From contig CAYOLR010000001.1 of assembly GCA_964404815.1 (NCBI GenBank), positions 1 through 49,359 of the forward strand: a stretch of DNA of 49,359 nucleotides, written 5' to 3'. This stretch comes from an uncultured Halobacteriales archaeon. Its GTDB lineage: Archaea; Halobacteriota; Halobacteria; Halobacteriales; Hikarchaeaceae. The notes under the pieces were generated by a model. That model made no database searches. It was not told the DNA's origin and saw only the letters and a list, made by a program, of their open reading frames with translations. How positions within the stretch are numbered: position 1 is the stretch's first letter; each line of letters opens with the position of its first letter. Below, piece after piece: positions 46,324 through 49,359 of this stretch. The position numbers and the translations under genes were made by a program.

Positions 46324-46512
46324 TCACTCGACCGTTTCCTTGACGGGGGCACCCGGCGCGTTGTTCTTCACGCTCCGGACACCCTTCCGGGCCGCGGCAC
46401 GCGTCGAGTATCCCTGGCCGCTGTCGGCGATGATATTGCCGTTCTGATGGATCAATCGCCATCGCCACGCGTCCTCCTCGTCCTGGTATACCTCGAAACG
46501 GGCCCGGCTCAT
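46324..46512 (-). CDS. YegP/UPF0339 (DUF1508) small protein
   Basis: 62 aa. FEVYQDEEDAWRWRLIHQNGNIIADSGQGYSTRAAARKGVRSVK. Confidence 0.8.
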   Translation of the reverse strand: MSRARFEVYQDEEDAWRWRLIHQNGNIIADSGQGYSTRAAARKGVRSVKNNAPGAPVKETVE

Positions 46513-46612
46513 GTCGGGGAATCATCGTGCCGGTGGCCTATAGATTGGGCATCATTCCTACGAACTGGGGACGAGCGTGGGAGGTTATCCCATCAGGATG
46601 CGTAGGTATCAC

Positions 46613-46981
46613 ATGGCTCGCGATCTCATCGATGATGACACGACGGAACGGCTGGTCAGGGCCTGCCGCACCACTATCGGCGACAACCTCCGCTCGATCA
46701 CATACTTCACCCGTGCCGATTATGAGCAGCTCTATCTCCGCTCCGACCTGGAGCAGGACGCCGATCTGACGGGATTCGTCGACTACGAATCCCTCGGGTT
46801 CGACGCGCCGGCCGCGTACCGCGGCTCGGAGCTCGGCGAATATCGATATACGATCCGTGTGTTCGACAACGGCTATCTCGTCAGGGTGAACACCCAAGAG
46901 ACGGGCGTGTTCGTGACCACCGACAACCTCACCCTTCGGGGCTTCGACGAGGTGGCGCGGGCGGTTGCTGAGGTGCTCTGA
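46613..46981 (+). CDS. conserved haloarchaeal hypothetical protein
   Basis: 122 aa from the ATG at 46613 (MARDLIDDDTTERLV...). Acidic, with coherent coding. Confidence 0.6.
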   Translation: MARDLIDDDTTERLVRACRTTIGDNLRSITYFTRADYEQLYLRSDLEQDADLTGFVDYESLGFDAPAAYRGSELGEYRYTIRVFDNGYLVRVNTQETGVFVTTDNLTLRGFDEVARAVAEVL

Positions 46982-46995
46982 AGCGAGTGACTCCG

Positions 46996-47169
46996 CTATC
47001 GGTGGCCAACTCGACTGGTACAGTCCGTACACAGCCCTCGTGAGGCGTCGAAGTGGTCGGCGCACACGAACGAGGCACATTGGTCACACTGGTACTGGGC
47101 CCGTGCGTGGCCACAGATGTCGCAGGTCGTGGAGACGCTCACGCCCGGGCCTTGGATGGGCGGAAGCAT
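46996..47169 (-). CDS. small double zinc-finger protein (four Cys pairs: CDIC, CDQC, CADH, CTDC)
   Basis: About 57 aa from the ATG at 47169. The start is uncertain. The longer track ORF would overlap deoA. Confidence 0.55.
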   Translation of the reverse strand: MLPPIQGPGVSVSTTCDICGHARAQYQCDQCASFVCADHFDASRGLCTDCTSRVGHR

Positions 47170-47218
47170 CAATCCGCCGCCGGCCGGTTTTATGGACTCT
47201 TGTACCGTTCGATCGGGT

Positions 47219-48697
47219 ATGGAAATGGTCGCCGAGGAGATCGACATCGGCACTCGGTCGCCGACCATCCTCCTCCATACGGACGATGCTGATGAACTCG
47301 GGGCGCACCCCCTTGATCGGGTCGAGATCCGAGAGAACGGCCGAACCCATACCGGGATCGCCGAAGTGACCGACGAGTTGGTCGAGCCCGGCCGGCTCGG
47401 CGTGACCCGCCCGCTCGGACACGTATCCGGAACGGTCGGCGTTACCTTGGCGCCGAAGCCCGATTCGGTCTATTACATCAAGAAAAAGCTTGACGATATC
47501 GAGCTCGAACGCGACGAGCTCGAGACGATCGTCCAGGACATCAACGCCGATCGTCTCAACGATGTCGAGCTCGGAGCCTTCGTTTGCGGTACCTACACGA
47601 ATGGACTCTCGCTCCAGGAAACGATGCACCTGACGGAGTGCATGGCCAACGCGGGCGAGTTCATGGACTGGACGGACGGACCTATCGCCGACAAACACAG
47701 CATCGGTGGGGTAGCCGGGAATCGGGTGACGCCGATCGTCGTTCCCATCGTGGCCGCGGCCGGGATCAAGATCCCGAAGACCTCGTCCCGGGCAGTGACC
47801 TCGCCGGCGGGGACGGCGGACACCCTCGAGGTCCTCTGCGATGTCGAGTTCACGATCGACGAGATCCGGTCCATCGTGGACCGAACGAACGGCTGTATGG
47901 TCTGGGGCGGGGCGGTCAATCTATCCCCCGTCGACGACAAGATCATCCGGGCGGAGACGCCCCTGTCCGTCGACCCGCCGGGTCAGATCATCGCGTCCGT
48001 CCTCTCGAAAAAACAGAGCGCCGGCTCGACCCACGTCGTGATCGACATCCCGTATGGCGAGGGCTCGAAGGTTGAGAGCCTCTCTGCCGCCCGCGAACTG
48101 GCGGAGGATTTCAAACGCGTCGGCGCTCACATCGGAATGACGATCGAGTGTACGATCACGCAGGGCCAGCAACCGATCGGCCAGGGTATCGGGCCGGTTC
48201 TCGAGGCCAAGGACGTCCTTCAAGTTCTCGAGAACGACGGCCCCGTCGACCTCCGGCTGAAGAGCCTGCGTATCGCTGATATCCTGCTCGAGATCTGTGA
48301 GGCCGACGAGCGGGCGTCGGACATCCTGGAGTCCGGCCGTGCCCTCGAAAAGTTCCGGGAGATCATCGATGCACAGGGGGGTGATCCCACTATCGAGCCG
48401 GCCGATCTCGACCCCGGCCGACTGACGGAAACGGTCGCGGCCAACCGATCCGGGCTCGTCAACCACGTGAACAACCGGCTCATTAGTGAACTCGCCCGGC
48501 GGGCCGGAGCCCCCAAGGACAAGCGGGCCGGGCTCTTCCTGCACCGATCGGTGGGCGATCAGGTGGACGAGGGCGACGATCTGTTCACCATTCATGCGGA
48601 GAAGGCCGATAAGCTCGACGACGCGGTTTCGCTCGAGGACCGCGTCGAGGCGATCCGCGTCAGAAGCCGTGACGAGGCGCTGGTCGAGCGGCTGTAG
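47219..48697 (+). CDS. deoA: AMP phosphorylase (thymidine-phosphorylase family, archaeal DeoA)
   Basis: ATG at 47219 (MEMVAEEIDIGTRSPTILLHTDDADELG...). Motifs DKHSIGGVAGN and KTSSRAVTSPAGTADTLE. The N-terminal extra domain is typical of AMPpase. Confidence 0.88.
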   Translation: MEMVAEEIDIGTRSPTILLHTDDADELGAHPLDRVEIRENGRTHTGIAEVTDELVEPGRLGVTRPLGHVSGTVGVTLAPKPDSVYYIKKKLDDIELERDELETIVQDINADRLNDVELGAFVCGTYTNGLSLQETMHLTECMANAGEFMDWTDGPIADKHSIGGVAGNRVTPIVVPIVAAAGIKIPKTSSRAVTSPAGTADTLEVLCDVEFTIDEIRSIVDRTNGCMVWGGAVNLSPVDDKIIRAETPLSVDPPGQIIASVLSKKQSAGSTHVVIDIPYGEGSKVESLSAARELAEDFKRVGAHIGMTIECTITQGQQPIGQGIGPVLEAKDVLQVLENDGPVDLRLKSLRIADILLEICEADERASDILESGRALEKFREIIDAQGGDPTIEPADLDPGRLTETVAANRSGLVNHVNNRLISELARRAGAPKDKRAGLFLHRSVGDQVDEGDDLFTIHAEKADKLDDAVSLEDRVEAIRVRSRDEALVERL

Positions 48698-48752
48698 TCG
48701 ACCGTGGTAGCACCTGACACGTTTTTAGCCGAGCGGGCCTGAGTGGGGCTAT

Positions 48753-49359
48753 ATGGCCGAGATCGCGCCGTCGGTGGCGGAGACGGCGGACGACATCGAT
48801 TCGATGGAGATCCGTGGGGCGGCAACCATCGCCAAGGCGGCGGCGACGGCCCTCCGCGACCAGGCCGAGGCGAGTAACGCGAACACGCCGGCGGCCTTCC
48901 GAGCCGAGCTGCGGTCGGCGGCCCGCCACCTCCACGAGACCCGGCCGACCGCTGTGAGCCTCCCGAACGCCCTCCGTTACGTCCTCAGGGGAATGGAGGG
49001 GGACACGGTCGACGAACTCCGGCAAAACACGGTCGCTCGGGCCCGCACGTTCAGGCGCGATCTGGATCGGGCCCAGGACCGCCTCGGCCGCGTCGGCGCC
49101 AACCGACTCCGCGATGGCGATGTCGTCATGACGCATTGCCATTCGACTGACGCCCTCGCCTGTGTGGAGGCCGCCTTGGAACAGGGCAAGGAACTCTCGG
49201 CGATCGTCAAGGAGACCCGGCCCCGGAACCAGGGGTTGATTACCGCCAAACAGCTCCGCCAGTGGGGCGTCCCGGTAACCCTGATCGTGGACAACGCCGC
49301 GTCACGATACCTGCCCGAGGTGGATCAGGTCCTCGTCGGTGCCGACAGTATCGCCGCCG
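48753..49359 (+). CDS. ribose-1,5-bisphosphate isomerase (eIF-2B alpha/beta/delta-like), 5' partial at the window edge
   Basis: Hand translation gives MAEIAPSVAETADDIDSMEIRGAATIAKAAATAL...TRPTAVSLPNAL...VMTHCHS...ETRPRNQG...VGADSIAA. It runs off the window end. Confidence 0.85.
   Translation, partial: MAEIAPSVAETADDIDSMEIRGAATIAKAAATALRDQAEASNANTPAAFRAELRSAARHLHETRPTAVSLPNALRYVLRGMEGDTVDELRQNTVARARTFRRDLDRAQDRLGRVGANRLRDGDVVMTHCHSTDALACVEAALEQGKELSAIVKETRPRNQGLITAKQLRQWGVPVTLIVDNAASRYLPEVDQVLVGADSIAA

Noticed and set aside
1-49359. CRISPR arrays, IS elements/transposases, rRNA genes, and recognisable defence systems (restriction-modification, Cas, and others)
   Set aside because: No regularly spaced direct repeats, transposase/integrase motifs or rRNA-like segments were seen on either strand. 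A computational repeat scan would be needed to exclude short or degenerate arrays.

Overview
This is a high-GC, acidic-proteome segment typical of a haloarchaeal (class Halobacteria) chromosome. I count about 55 genes, one tRNA, no rRNA, no CRISPR array and no transposase. All family calls come from reading motifs by eye; no searches were run.

Layout:
- (a) 1-3937: a visibly lower-GC block abutting the 3' end of tRNA-Phe(GAA). It holds a wHTH gene tightly coupled to a small His-rich gene, and a 763-codon chimeric ORF. In that ORF a truncated mobile-element ATPase-like N-domain runs in frame into an orc1/cdc6 paralog, which is itself frameshifted before its winged-helix domain. I read this block as a decaying integrated plasmid or provirus.
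- (b) 4.1-7.5 kb: the rpa1-rpap1-rpe single-strand DNA-binding operon.
- (c) 7.6-12.4 kb: small accessory enzymes (SDR, two NTF2/SnoaL-like proteins, MaoC, a methyltransferase, an LLM oxidoreductase).
- (d) 12.5-17.5 kb: an Lhr-type helicase and a receiver-PAS-histidine kinase.
- (e) 18-22.6 kb: a same-strand chain of MFS transporter, flavin reductase, acyl-CoA-dehydrogenase fold, LLM oxidoreductase and MBL hydrolase.
- (f) 25.5-27.5 kb: a Cdc48-type AAA+ ATPase followed by haloarchaea-type hypothetical genes.
- (g) 29.6-34.4 kb: aroK, chorismate mutase and tyrA interleaved with a beta-carbonic anhydrase, surE and an Rsm22-like methyltransferase.
- (h) 34.4-39.0 kb: a sulfane-sulfur handling cluster (TauE, an unannotated micro-ORF, a split YeeE/YedE, rhodanese-MBL, TusA, DsrE-like). 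Its two AT-rich promoter regions share a 24-nt motif, ATAGTAAT-N10-CACAAT. This is the most interesting part of the window.
- (i) 40-46 kb: an ion-transport block (P-type ATPase, CaCA antiporter, DUF211-VIT pair, DASS permease).
- (j) 47.2 kb to the end: AMP phosphorylase plus ribose-1,5-bisphosphate isomerase.

I did not find an unambiguous, wholly new multi-gene system. The best candidates for follow-up are the sulfur-cluster operator motif (no regulator is encoded nearby), the chimeric and frameshifted orc1 locus, and the wHTH/His-rich gene pair.
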